The notes: a model not told the origin generated them from the letters alone. DNA of 64,000 bases from an uncultured Chthonomonadaceae bacterium (GCA_963817895.1 CAWFQB010000010.1:128001-192000); one strand, 5' to 3'; positions 43,323 through 53,549 are shown, counted from the first letter of the stretch. Made by a program: numbers and translations.

Positions 43323-44375
43323 ATGTTTCAGCCCAGAGCGCGCCGTGCTGTATCGCAGGAATCTTGCGACTCTTGCGAGGCGGGGCGTATTCAGATTCTG
43401 GTCGTAGATGATGATGATCTCGTCCGCGATACTTTTGCCGTGATGCTGGAATCGGACGGTTACGACGTATGCTGCGCCGGGGGAGGCGCGGAAGCGCTGG
43501 CGCTGCTGAAGCGAACGGCTTTTGACATCATGCTGTGCGACATTTTCATGCCGGGGCAGAACGGGCTGGAACTGCTGCCGCTTGTGCAGGCCGCCTACCC
43601 GGAAATGCCGGTTGTGCTGATTACGGGCTACGGCAATGTGGACATGGCGCGAACCGCGCTGCATCAGGGCGCGAGCGATTTCATCACCAAACCCCTGCAG
43701 CCGGGTGAACTGCCCATCATCATCGAGCGCAACCTGACGCGGCAGGCCGTGCAGCGCAAAAACGCGCAGCAGTACCGGCAGGCGTTGATTACCTCCAGCG
43801 AGACGGTTCTGGACGCCCTGATGACCGCGCTGAATACGCGCGATACGGAAACGCAGGGCCACTCGGAGCGTGTCACGGCCTATACCATCGAAATCGCCGA
43901 CCGGATGCAGCTAAACGAGGCCGACCTGACCCACATCGAGCGGGGCGCGCTGCTGCACGACATCGGCAAAATCGGCGTTCCCGACAGCATCCTGCTCAAA
44001 CCCGGCAAACTGACGCCGGAAGAGTGGGTGGAGATGCGCAAGCACCCGGTTATCGGCTACGAAATGTGCGCTAAAATTGACATGCTGAAGGACACCGCGA
44101 GTATCGTCCTGCATCACCATGAGGCGTGGGACGGCAGCGGCTATCCGCATGGCTTGAAGGGCAACGCCATTCCGCTCGGTTCGCGCATTTTTGCTGTTGC
44201 CGATACGCTGGATGCCATGACCAGCGACCGCCCCTATCGTCCGGCCCTGCCGTTTGCCACCGCCCGAACGGAAATCGAAAAGTTCAGCGGGAGGCAGTTC
44301 GACCCTCAAATTGTCGAGGTTTTCCTGAGCGTGTCCGAACCCCGCTGGCAGCGCGTTCTTGCGCAGGCCGCGTAG
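43323..44375 (+). CDS. Response regulator with an HD-GYP phosphodiesterase domain
   Basis: ILVVDDD, CDIFMPG; HSERV, LHDIGK, HHEAWDGSGYP, RPYR. Confidence 0.95.
   Translation: MFQPRARRAVSQESCDSCEAGRIQILVVDDDDLVRDTFAVMLESDGYDVCCAGGGAEALALLKRTAFDIMLCDIFMPGQNGLELLPLVQAAYPEMPVVLITGYGNVDMARTALHQGASDFITKPLQPGELPIIIERNLTRQAVQRKNAQQYRQALITSSETVLDALMTALNTRDTETQGHSERVTAYTIEIADRMQLNEADLTHIERGALLHDIGKIGVPDSILLKPGKLTPEEWVEMRKHPVIGYEMCAKIDMLKDTASIVLHHHEAWDGSGYPHGLKGNAIPLGSRIFAVADTLDAMTSDRPYRPALPFATARTEIEKFSGRQFDPQIVEVFLSVSEPRWQRVLAQAA
44313..44375 (+). repeat. 63 bp direct repeat, copy 1 (3' end of the HD-GYP gene)
   Basis: 61/63 identical to 45786-45848. Confidence 0.95.
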
Positions 44376-44380
44376 AATAA

Positions 44381-45721
44381 TCAAACCACCGAGGACACGG
44401 AGAACACAACTTCCGATGTGGCGTAGACTTTTTCGTCGTCGCCTATTTTTCCGAGGGGAGAGAGAAGTTGCCGGATAGCGAATTTGTCTTGCAAGATTTG
44501 CGCCAAACCATCGCTGTTGTTGCCGCACTCCTGCCACATCGAACTGAGTATCACGACTCCGCCGTTGGGACGCGCTAAATCCTGTAGTTTGGCGGCGTTG
44601 TTGATGGCTGCGCCAATGTAATCGTTGGCTCCATTCTCATAAGTGATGCGAATGACGTGTCCGGCATCCACGCCGATACCCAGGGCGGGCGGCACACTGC
44701 CCAACTCCTGTTCCCAATCCTCCGTTTTGAGCCACACGCCATACTCGCTGTAGATTTGGTAGGCCAGCCGCGCTTCCGTTTCGGCGCGTTCCCACAGCCG
44801 TTTTCTGTCGGGAACTTCCCACACAAACAAGAACCCGTCCCCCAGAAACTTGATAAAGTCCGGGCGATTGTCGGGAAAACTCAACGCCTGATTACGCGCC
44901 CACTCCCGCAAACTGTCCATAAACAGCCCCACCTGCGACGCGCTGCGCTTTGCCGTCACCTGTTTGGCCCATTGCGAGGAGCCGCGCAGGTCAAAGAAAA
45001 TGGCGACCACATTGACATTGGACGAACCCCCCACAAACCGCAGGCGCGACGTGTCCGAAAGTCCCCATGCCACCGCGAGCGCGATAAACAGCATGGTTAA
45101 AACGGTGCTGCTCGCGCTGTCGAGAATCGCCCGCGCGCCCGGTGAAGAGGTTTGCAGAGCCAGCAGAAACTGTTTCGCGATCTGGTAGAGGAACGTCAGG
45201 CCCGTCAGCGCGGCCAGATACTGGTTGTTGTAAATATAAAAAGAGTAGATAAGCCCCAACCCCAAAATGATAAGGGCGAGGCTGGAAACGGTCGCGTCAA
45301 TCACTTTGGCCGCCGGGGGCGCAACGAACAACAGAATCCACTCTATCAGGGAAGCGGCGACTACACAGGCAACCATGTTACGCGGCCAGAATTTGCGGTC
45401 TTTGTTGTGAAACAGTTCTCGGACGCGGGCAAGCTGAAAGGCCGTCATGGTAAACAGGATACTGCTGACCGGGGAGAGGGTGTAGCTGATGGCGTCCGCG
45501 TTGCTGATCTTCCAGGGGCCGGAAAGCAATTTGGAAGCGTGAATAAGCGCCCAACTGAACAGGCTGATACACAGCCAGAGCAGGCTCCGGTCTTTCACAT
45601 CGCGCTGTCGCAGCCATAAATGGAGCAGCAGCAGAATCACCGCGCCGCACAGCATTTGCGTCGCGGAAATCGCCGCCATAATAACCCCGGTATTGGGATT
45701 GTTCCAGAGCGCGTGATCCAT
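44381..45721 (-). CDS. Multi-TM (about 7) protein with a C-terminal class III nucleotide cyclase domain
   Basis: AIFFDLRGSS, KFLGDGFL, LGIGVDAG, DYIGAAINNAAKLQ. Confidence 0.8.
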   Translation of the reverse strand: MDHALWNNPNTGVIMAAISATQMLCGAVILLLLHLWLRQRDVKDRSLLWLCISLFSWALIHASKLLSGPWKISNADAISYTLSPVSSILFTMTAFQLARVRELFHNKDRKFWPRNMVACVVAASLIEWILLFVAPPAAKVIDATVSSLALIILGLGLIYSFYIYNNQYLAALTGLTFLYQIAKQFLLALQTSSPGARAILDSASSTVLTMLFIALAVAWGLSDTSRLRFVGGSSNVNVVAIFFDLRGSSQWAKQVTAKRSASQVGLFMDSLREWARNQALSFPDNRPDFIKFLGDGFLFVWEVPDRKRLWERAETEARLAYQIYSEYGVWLKTEDWEQELGSVPPALGIGVDAGHVIRITYENGANDYIGAAINNAAKLQDLARPNGGVVILSSMWQECGNNSDGLAQILQDKFAIRQLLSPLGKIGDDEKVYATSEVVFSVSSVV

Positions 45722-45785
45722 CGTTGACTTCCTTCCCTGTTTCTGTCCTCGTGTCCTTCATGTTCCCCTTCTCCCCAAAAAAGCC

Positions 45786-45848
45786 GTCGAGGTTTTCCTG
45801 AGCGTGTCCGAAATCCGCTGGCAGCGCGTTCTTGCGCAGGCCGCGTAG
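45786..45848 (+). repeat. 63 bp direct repeat, copy 2
   Basis: gtcgaggttttcctgagcgtgtccgaa..ccgctggcagcgcgttcttgcgcaggccgcgtag. Confidence 0.95.
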
Positions 45849-45996
45849 GGAAAGCAAAGAAGAAAAGCAGAATTCACTACCGGACCCATTTTGAAGCAGG
45901 TGGCGCGAGGCTGTGGCAAGAAGATACCCGGGCCGCGCAGGACAACAAAAGGTGTCCGATAGTGAAACAACCTGATAACCTGACGACCCTCCTCCG

Positions 45997-46905
45997 CTAC
46001 CGCGCATGCTCTTTCATCATCGCGTGGAAATCATTCGCCATTTGAATGGCCTGCTCATAGGGACGCTGCCAGATGTTGCGCCCGAAAATCAGGCCGGTCG
46101 CGCCCGCTTCCATCGAGCGCTTCGCTTTCAGATGCAGAGCCGCGTCGTCCTCGTGTTCGCCGCCCGAAATCAGCGTCAGGGTTCGGCCCGCTGTAGCGAT
46201 GACGCGGGCGATCATGGCGGCTTCGTCCTCGTTCAGGTCGTTGTAGGGCGCGGGCATTCTGGCGCGGTCTTCGGGTGATACCTGCTGCGGGAAGTTTACT
46301 TTCACCACGTCCGCGCCCAACTCGGTCGCCACCCTTGCCGCGTAATCCACCGCCCAGATACTGTCCTGCCCGCCCTTCGCCTTGACGTTTTCGCCGCGCG
46401 GATACGCCCACACGATCACAGGCATTCCCAACTTTTCCGCCTCGTCCCGAACGCGGGCAAACTGCTTGAAATCCTCATCCTGACGCGGCGAACCGACGTA
46501 CAGCGTGTAGCCAATCGCGTCCGCGCCCAATCGAACCGCGTCTTCCACGCTGGACTCGACGGGCGAAAGGGGCGCGTCACCGCCGGAAATCTCGGTTTTG
46601 CCGTTCAGTTTCAGCACGAGGGGAACCAGTCCGGCAAAATCGCGCATGTACTTGTCGGCCAGTCCGTATTGCAGCGCGATGCCCGTGAACTTGCCGTCCA
46701 GCGCGACATTCAGTTCAAATTCGGGGTTGGCGCTGGCGGGATTGACGAAGAAATCGCGCGGCCCGTGTTCCAATCCCTGATCAATGGGTAAAAACAGCAG
46801 TGTGCCGTTCGCCGGCCCGTGCTGATACAACAATCGGTGCAGGCGCGTCCGCTTGCCCAGATTCAGATGCGTCATGTCGCTCAGGGTGATGGGTTTGTTT
46901 GACAT
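45997..46905 (-). CDS. Class I fructose-bisphosphate aldolase (DhnA/FbaB family)
   Basis: LPIDQGLEHGP, WAYPRG, LGADVVKVN, GLIFGRNIWQR. Confidence 0.92.
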   Translation of the reverse strand: MSNKPITLSDMTHLNLGKRTRLHRLLYQHGPANGTLLFLPIDQGLEHGPRDFFVNPASANPEFELNVALDGKFTGIALQYGLADKYMRDFAGLVPLVLKLNGKTEISGGDAPLSPVESSVEDAVRLGADAIGYTLYVGSPRQDEDFKQFARVRDEAEKLGMPVIVWAYPRGENVKAKGGQDSIWAVDYAARVATELGADVVKVNFPQQVSPEDRARMPAPYNDLNEDEAAMIARVIATAGRTLTLISGGEHEDDAALHLKAKRSMEAGATGLIFGRNIWQRPYEQAIQMANDFHAMMKEHAR

Positions 46906-46986
46906 AGGGATGCTCCAGGTGAGAGGAGGATAAGTGAGAGTGGAGAGTGAGAGTGGAGAGTGAGAGAACAAGCATTTACTCTCACT

Positions 46987-48159
46987 TCATTCTTTCACTT
47001 TCTCCATAAACTCGTTGATTTTGGCGCGAAAGGCTTTGACATATCCTTCGATGTTGTCGGCGGTGAGCGTATCGAACGCGCTGCCATCTACGACAGTGCC
47101 GCCTGCATAGGCTTTATTGACATTCTCCGTGGCGTATGCGGCCTGAAACGCGGCGCGTACATCCGCGTCCGTAAGGCGGGCGAGTTGTTTGCGGAACCAT
47201 TGCGCGTGGGTAAGGGGAATCTTCTCGTGAACCCCAACCATGCCTGCAATCACATCCTCAAACTTCAGCAAAACTGTGCCGTTTTCCACCTTGCGGATGA
47301 AACTGCTCTCCTTCTGGTAATCGCTGAGAACGCCTTTCGATTTCATCTGCCCGAAACTCGCGCCCCAATCGCTTACGATATACAAATTTGTCGCGCCGTC
47401 CGTGTTGGCGATGTGGACGACCTTGTTGTTTTTGGGCTGCGCGTCCCAGTTGTGTACCATCACTTCCAGTATCAGCAGGCCGGAAAGCTGTTCGGGCGGA
47501 ACGCCGGGATTTTTGCGCTCATCCCAATCGGCGTCGTTGTCTTCGTCTTTGGGGTTGGCTTTGTTTTTAGTTTCGCCTTTAAGGTGCTTGCTCTCTTTAT
47601 CGTGCCGCTTGAACCGCGCTTCGCCGAACGCGCCGTCCGCGCTGATAAACGGCTTGCACTTGCCCAAATCCGTATCCGCGCTCAATCCCTCTATTTTGCC
47701 GACTTTCACATAGTAGCTTTCGTCCACGCCATAGCCGAGCGCCCACGCGAGACGGGGCGCGGCCACATCCGAGTGCGCTTCGGCCCCGAACTTAACCGTC
47801 CATTTCACGCCATTCTTGTCCGTCATGCGGCATTTGGGGCTGGTTCCATCGTTATCCTTTTCAAAATTGGAAAACGGCGGCGCAGGCAGGCGGGACGCGG
47901 GGTTCTGTTCCCGGCTCGCCGCGCCCCAGAACACCTGCGCGGGCGTCAGAGTCCCCCGGTCTTCCCATAAAAGCGCTTTGCCCGCTGTGATGCCTGGCGG
48001 CGCCGCTGCCTGCTTACCGCCTGCTTTTCCCGCCTGCTCGATTTTAAGCGCGGCCCTGTCTGTGTTCGCGCCTGAGTTCGGCGCAGACTGGCAGTGTCCC
48101 GCCGTCATACAGCACCCCATCATGCCAACCGCCAGCCAACTGCGATACCCCTGTTTCAT
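46987..48159 (-). CDS. Secreted hypothetical protein with atypical kinase-like motifs
   Basis: Signal peptide; GTSPK, WTVKFGAE, RLAWALGY, NWDAQPKNN, VSDWGASFG. Confidence 0.55.
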   Translation of the reverse strand: MKQGYRSWLAVGMMGCCMTAGHCQSAPNSGANTDRAALKIEQAGKAGGKQAAAPPGITAGKALLWEDRGTLTPAQVFWGAASREQNPASRLPAPPFSNFEKDNDGTSPKCRMTDKNGVKWTVKFGAEAHSDVAAPRLAWALGYGVDESYYVKVGKIEGLSADTDLGKCKPFISADGAFGEARFKRHDKESKHLKGETKNKANPKDEDNDADWDERKNPGVPPEQLSGLLILEVMVHNWDAQPKNNKVVHIANTDGATNLYIVSDWGASFGQMKSKGVLSDYQKESSFIRKVENGTVLLKFEDVIAGMVGVHEKIPLTHAQWFRKQLARLTDADVRAAFQAAYATENVNKAYAGGTVVDGSAFDTLTADNIEGYVKAFRAKINEFMEKVKE

Positions 48160-48356
48160 TCTGTCCCGATCTCCTCACCGTTTCAATTACGCAAAAGATG
48201 TCAGGAAATATGCGGTATATTCGCATACTGTTCCAGCAGATTACCCCATCTCCAGACAGGTTTATCTGCATACCTGGCCTGAACGGAAAACGCTGTGGCG
48301 AGGTTTCTGCCTGTTCACAGCGTTCGATATGCCGACGGCCTGCGTTGAGAAATGTA

Positions 48357-48737
48357 TTATTCGTGTTCTCGATAATCTGCCGTGATGACGGACGAGAAGC
48401 CGCCGCGCACGGCGAAATCGCCCGTAATGGTCATCTGGCGCGGGCGGCACACGGCTACCAGATCGTCCAGAATACGGTTGACAACCGCCTCGTAGAAAAT
48501 CCCCTGCTGCCGAAACGCGAAAAAGTACATTTTCAGCGATTTCAGTTCCAGACAAACCCGATCCGCCACATAATCAATGGTGATCGTGGCAAAGTCCGGC
48601 TGCCCGGTTTTGGGACATACGGACGTGAATTCAGGACACGTATGTACAATACGGTAATCCCGCTCCGGGCGCGGATTGTCGAACACTTCCAGTATCGCGA
48701 CCTGCTCATCGCGCGTAATTTCGTCCAAAACCATCAT
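48357..48737 (-). CDS. queF: NADPH-dependent 7-cyano-7-deazaguanine reductase
   Basis: [29 protein letters not shown]. Confidence 0.95.
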   Translation of the reverse strand: MMVLDEITRDEQVAILEVFDNPRPERDYRIVHTCPEFTSVCPKTGQPDFATITIDYVADRVCLELKSLKMYFFAFRQQGIFYEAVVNRILDDLVAVCRPRQMTITGDFAVRGGFSSVITADYREHE

Positions 48738-48833
48738 TTTCTTCCTCTTCCATCCCCTGCGCACTGCTATTACTTTTGTTAGATTCTTCTCCTCTATTAT
48801 ACTCGTTTTCGGTTTGCTCTGCCGGGGTACGCC

Positions 48834-48879
48834 TTGACCGCATTGCGATTCTCTAGTATAATGGGACGTTACCGGCAAC
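48834..48879 (+). promoter_or_regulatory. sigma70 promoter with a downstream palindrome
   Basis: TTGACC-17-TATAAT; GTTACCGGCAAC at 48868-48879. Confidence 0.7.
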
Positions 48880-48938
48880 TCTGGTAGACATTGATATACT
48901 TCGCGCTTTTCATTTTGGCGTTTGAAACGTGACGGCTT

Positions 48939-49229
48939 ATGGCACAGCGAATAGAGGTCGTGATCGGGATGCGGGTACAGTTGCGCAAGCAGCACCCGTG
49001 CGGCAGCGATGAATGGACTGTGACGCGGGTTGGGGCCGATGTAGGCCTCGCGTGCGCGGGGTGTGGCCGTCGCATTATGCTGGAGCGCGAAGATTTTGAG
49101 CGGCGCGTGAAGCGGATTGTATGCGCCGCGCCGGAGCTTCCGACTGCGTGGAACCCCTCTGCTCCCGCCGTTCCCAACAACGGTCTTACGCCGGACGCAA
49201 TCCCGACGTCCGACAAGACCGTGGAGTGA
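48939..49229 (+). CDS. DUF951-family protein
   Basis: [12 protein letters not shown]...RVGAD...CAGCGR. Confidence 0.92.
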   Translation: MAQRIEVVIGMRVQLRKQHPCGSDEWTVTRVGADVGLACAGCGRRIMLEREDFERRVKRIVCAAPELPTAWNPSAPAVPNNGLTPDAIPTSDKTVE

Positions 49230-49238
49230 TTTTGTGTT

Positions 49239-50772
49239 ATGGTTCAACAGCACCAACGGGGGCGAAACACGCGCTCCGTCCGCCAATCCCGCGCTCATGC
49301 CCTGCGGCTGAGTGGGGCAATGGCCCTGATACTGGGAAGTGTGGCCGCCCGGCATTTGACCGCATCTTCTCATAACGCGCGCCCGCTGAACGGCGTGACC
49401 ACGCTGACGCCGATTCGTTACGAGGCGAAACAGACAACACCAACAGAGCAGCCGCCCGTTCCTGTTCTCGTTTCCGTGGATGGGCAGGACGCCCCGGCTG
49501 CGGATTCGACACCCCTTGCCGACGCGTTGCGCGGCTTTGCCATCCTGCCCGACAGTCTTCCCAATGCCGCCCCGGATAGCGGTTCCACGCCCCTGCCCGC
49601 ATGGTTCGAGCTGGGCGCGTCTGGACGGCAAACGCGCCCATGTTCAGGTAAACGCGCCCGCCGCTATGAGCGCAGAGGGGTTGGGCGCTTACGCCACGCG
49701 CGGCGAATGGGGAACCTCCCTGTGTCTGGTCAATAAAACCAACTTTCGCCTGCTGACAACCGCGCAACTTCGCCTGCCTCGCGGCGTCTATACGATTGAG
49801 CGACTTACGATAGGTCAGGGAACAGAAGAGGAGAAAAGGAGAAAAGGAGAAGAGGAGACTCAATCCGCAATCCGCAATCCGCAATCTACAACAGATTTAT
49901 CCTTCATCCTTCATCCTTCATCCTTTGCTCACCTGGAAGGCTGCGATTTCGGGGGAACGGGGACGGTACGGAAAGTGTTTTGCCTCGAACCGGGGCAGGC
50001 GTGTTTGTACCGCTGCGTGGATACGGCGCGGGAAGCGCGGGCGGCATGGTACGATGTCTTTACGCAATTACACGGGATGGCGGCGCATCAGCCCGGACCG
50101 GCGCATCGCCTGAGCGTGATGCTGCGCGAAGCCGACAGCTACCTGTCGGGCGTTCGGGGCGGCGGCAATCATGGCGGGCGCGACGCGCGATTGGAGTGTA
50201 TTCACCATCTGCTGCTCGTGACCGCGCAGGCGCACTCGCTGCACCATAATTATCAGATGCGGCGTACCGTAGAGGAGACTTCTGGCAAAGAAGTGTTTGC
50301 GGCGATGGATCGCCTGACGGTCGCGCTTTCCGAAACCAGCGCGGTTTTATTAGGCCTGGTTCCGCAGGTATCGGTGACGCCCAACTCCATTTTGGGCGCG
50401 CAGGCGCGAACCGCCGCGTTCATTCGGGAACAAACCGAAATTCCAAATACGAATAAAAAGGAAAAGGATGCGGGCGCGGCGAATATATCCGCGCGCGTTG
50501 ACCGCGCCGTTGTCGTATCGCTGGAAAATACGGGCGGGCGCAGCGTCACCCATGTCAAACTGGGCCTGAACATGGCCGGGATGCCGAACGGCGCGACCTG
50601 TGAGCCTGCCGATCCCGCGTATTTCGATGCCCTGCGTCCCGGCCAGAGCGTTCGCGCTGTCTTTCACGTAAAAGGCGCGGCAGGCGCGGATTTGCCCACC
50701 GCGCTGTTTACCGGCGATGTCTCTTATTTCGCGGGTACGGCTCCCGCGCATTTGCGCCCACGGGCCTGGTAA
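49239..50772 (+). CDS. Hypothetical exported protein with an Ig-like C-terminus; frame break near 49610-49640; internal repeat insert at 49824-49925
   Basis: Two overlapping ORFs; N-terminal hydrophobic segment; VSLENTG...LRPGQS. Confidence 0.55.
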
Positions 50773-50905
50773 TTGGTGGTTAGTGGCTGGTGATTGGTTA
50801 AAACCGTCGCTGCTATAATGGCTGTTAAAAGACGCGCGAAATTTCGCGTTGAGCAAGCCAACCGCCAATCACCAGTTACCAACCACCAACCAAAAGGTTC
50901 AAACT

Positions 50906-52633
50906 ATGCTCATAATTCCAACCTGGAACCCTCCCATACGCCGTGTCGCGCGGCCCGGTTCGCTGTTTGCCCTTCTGTCGCTGTTGGGGCTGCTGGCGTT
51001 TACGGGCGGACGCGCCCATGCTGCCGTCACCATCAATTTTGAACTCAAGGATGGCGTGAAAGTCAGCGATGTCGTGAAACTGACCACCAAAGCCGACAGT
51101 CCCGACGGCATTGACAAGGTGGAGTTCCGCATTGACGATCAACTCAAGTATACGGATACCAGTACGCCCTACGAATACGATTGGGATACGCTGGCCGACA
51201 AAGAGGGACCGCACACTGTGACGGCAACCGCCTTCGATTCCAACGGTCAAACGGCCCGCGCTGTTATCAAAGTGACCGTAGACAACGAACTTAATACGGG
51301 CGCGGACACGCTGGCGAAACGGGCGCAGGACGCGCTGGCGAATAAGGACGTGGAGGGCGCGAAACGTTTCAGCCGCCGCGCCCTGAAAGCCGATCCGGGT
51401 AACCTCAACGCCGCGCGCTCCCTTGCGGGCATTTATGTTTCCGCTCTGGACTATGACAAAGCGATTGCCACGCTGGACAAGGCGAACGGGCTGGACAACA
51501 ACGCGCAGGCCATGAATGAACTGGCGACCTACCGGATGCGCCGCGCCCTGCAGCCGGACATGGCCCCCAAGTTTTTCAGCGAAGCGCAGACGGTCAGCGA
51601 CCTGCGCCGCAAAGCGGGCGACCTGACCGTTGTCGATGTTACCAAAAAACAGGCGGGCGCGAACACGCCTGCCGCGCATGACGCTATCGGCGACGCGCTG
51701 ATGCGGGCGGGACGTTTCCACGACGCGGCTGCCGAATATTCCAAATCCGGCACGAGCGACGAGACGCCGATTCCGAGCATCAACCGTTACGGGCTGGCGC
51801 TGGTAATGGACAATCGCCCCCTCGAAGCCCTTGCCGCCGTGCATAATCTTCAATTGGGCAAGCGCGATGATGCGCAGTCCCGCGCTGTTGTTGGGTTGGC
51901 GCACCTGCGGATGCAGCATTTTATGGAGGCCCGCGACGCCGTGAAGCAGGACTTGCCCGACCACGTTCTCGCGTCGCTGATTGTGGCCTCGTATGCCGAT
52001 ACCGCCCTGAGCAGCGCGTCCACCACTCCGGCGGAACACAAACTCGCGATTTCCGCGCATAAACTGGCGGTAGATGAGGCGATGGACGCGGTTACGCTGC
52101 AGCCGGATCTGGGCGAAGCGCAGTACGCCCTTGCCCTCGCGTCCACCAAAATCGAAGAGGCCGACACGGCTCTGAGCAAAGCGCTGTACCTGTCGCCGTT
52201 CCAATCCGGCCCGTACCTGAGCTACGCGACGGAGCAGGCGTTCCAGAAGCGGCAGGACAAGTACGATCAGGCGCTGAACCTGACCGACCTTGTGCTGAAA
52301 CAGGAGCCGGAAAACGTGCAGGCCAAACTCACGCAGGCGCTGATCTACGTGCATCAAAAACGGTACACGGAAGCGCAGCCCCTGTTGGCTGACCTGCAAA
52401 AGAAGTACCCCGAATCCCCGGACGTGCTGACCACTATCGGCGTGTTTTATCAGGCGAAAGGCAACAATACCAACGCGGGGCAGTTCTTCGAAGCCGTGCG
52501 CAAGTCCGACCCGAAGCGTTTCAACTACACCATTCCGCCGACCTCGCTGGACCTGCTGGCGCGTCTGCGCAGCCTGCACTACCGCTCGGATTTCTTCCTG
52601 ACACCCGCCGCGCTGTATCCGGCGACGAGCTAA
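50906..52633 (+). CDS. Secreted Ig-like (Big) plus TPR-repeat protein
   Basis: Signal peptide; IDKVEFRID...PYEYDWDT...VTVDN; TPR helices. Confidence 0.85.
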   Translation: MLIIPTWNPPIRRVARPGSLFALLSLLGLLAFTGGRAHAAVTINFELKDGVKVSDVVKLTTKADSPDGIDKVEFRIDDQLKYTDTSTPYEYDWDTLADKEGPHTVTATAFDSNGQTARAVIKVTVDNELNTGADTLAKRAQDALANKDVEGAKRFSRRALKADPGNLNAARSLAGIYVSALDYDKAIATLDKANGLDNNAQAMNELATYRMRRALQPDMAPKFFSEAQTVSDLRRKAGDLTVVDVTKKQAGANTPAAHDAIGDALMRAGRFHDAAAEYSKSGTSDETPIPSINRYGLALVMDNRPLEALAAVHNLQLGKRDDAQSRAVVGLAHLRMQHFMEARDAVKQDLPDHVLASLIVASYADTALSSASTTPAEHKLAISAHKLAVDEAMDAVTLQPDLGEAQYALALASTKIEEADTALSKALYLSPFQSGPYLSYATEQAFQKRQDKYDQALNLTDLVLKQEPENVQAKLTQALIYVHQKRYTEAQPLLADLQKKYPESPDVLTTIGVFYQAKGNNTNAGQFFEAVRKSDPKRFNYTIPPTSLDLLARLRSLHYRSDFFLTPAALYPATS

Positions 52634-52638
52634 AGCGC

Positions 52639-52765
52639 AGGGAGTAGGGGTAGGGAGTGGGGAGTAGAAGCTCGTTCCTTGTTTGCTTCGCGTTAAATGC
52701 AAGCAAACAAAACCGAGCATCTTCATAATTCGCTCCTACTCCCTACTCCCTACCCCCTACTCCCT
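52639..52765. repeat. Inverted (AGGGAGT)n / (ACTCCCT)n arrays
   Basis: Same unit as 10235-10322. Confidence 0.9.
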
Positions 52766-52766
52766 T

Positions 52767-53549
52767 ATGAACACTCCGCCCCCCGGATCGCCCATAGAAG
52801 AGGCCGCGTTTGTCGAGGTCGCGCCGTTGTACGACATGCTCATGACGGGCGTGCCGTATACGATGTGGATCACATATCTGCGGCAGTTGCTGGAGGAGCG
52901 CAAGGCGCGTCCGCGTCAAGTGTTGGATCTGGCCTGCGGCACGGGCAACGTGTCGGAACTGCTGACGGGCGAAGGCTTTGCGGTGACGGGCGTGGATATT
53001 GCCCCCGGCATGATCGCGCAGGCGCAGGCGAAAGCGGCGGCGGCGAACCTGCAAATCGCGTATGCCGTGCAGGACGCGGCGGTTCTGGATTTACCGGGCA
53101 AGCGTTTCGATCTGTGCGTGTCCCTCTTCGACAGCCTCAACTACATCACCGACCCTGCCCGCCTGCAAATGGCGATGGAGCGCGTGGCCGCGCATTTGAC
53201 CCGGAACGGCATTTTCATCTTCGATTTGAATACCGAGTACGCGCTGGTCAACCACTTTTTCGATCAGGACAACCTGAGCAGCAGCGACCGCCTGCTGTAC
53301 GATTGGAAAAGCAGTTTCGATCCGCAAACCCGCCTGTGCCGCGTCCAGATGAACTTCCGCTACCGCCCCGAAAACGGTAGTGAGCGCGTGTTCGAGGAGG
53401 TTCACTGGCAGTACGCCTACCGGACGGAAGAGATCATTTCCATGCTGGAGCAGGCCGGCTTCGACCAGATAATGACCTATAAAGCGTACACCCTCCGCCA
53501 ACCCGTCCGCTCTTCCGACCGCATTTTCTACGTTGCCCGCCGCCCGTGA
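52767..53549 (+). CDS. Class I SAM-dependent methyltransferase
   Basis: VLDLACGTG, GVDIAPGM, FDSLNY, GIFIFD. Confidence 0.92.
   Translation: MNTPPPGSPIEEAAFVEVAPLYDMLMTGVPYTMWITYLRQLLEERKARPRQVLDLACGTGNVSELLTGEGFAVTGVDIAPGMIAQAQAKAAAANLQIAYAVQDAAVLDLPGKRFDLCVSLFDSLNYITDPARLQMAMERVAAHLTRNGIFIFDLNTEYALVNHFFDQDNLSSSDRLLYDWKSSFDPQTRLCRVQMNFRYRPENGSERVFEEVHWQYAYRTEEIISMLEQAGFDQIMTYKAYTLRQPVRSSDRIFYVARRP

Noticed and set aside
48738..48830. preQ1 riboswitch upstream of queF
   Set aside because: No recognisable preQ1 stem-loop with an A-rich tail
48738..49631. 424 aa QueF with a long N-terminal extension
   Set aside because: The extension overlaps DUF951 and its promoter on the other strand; QueF motifs begin after Met 48737
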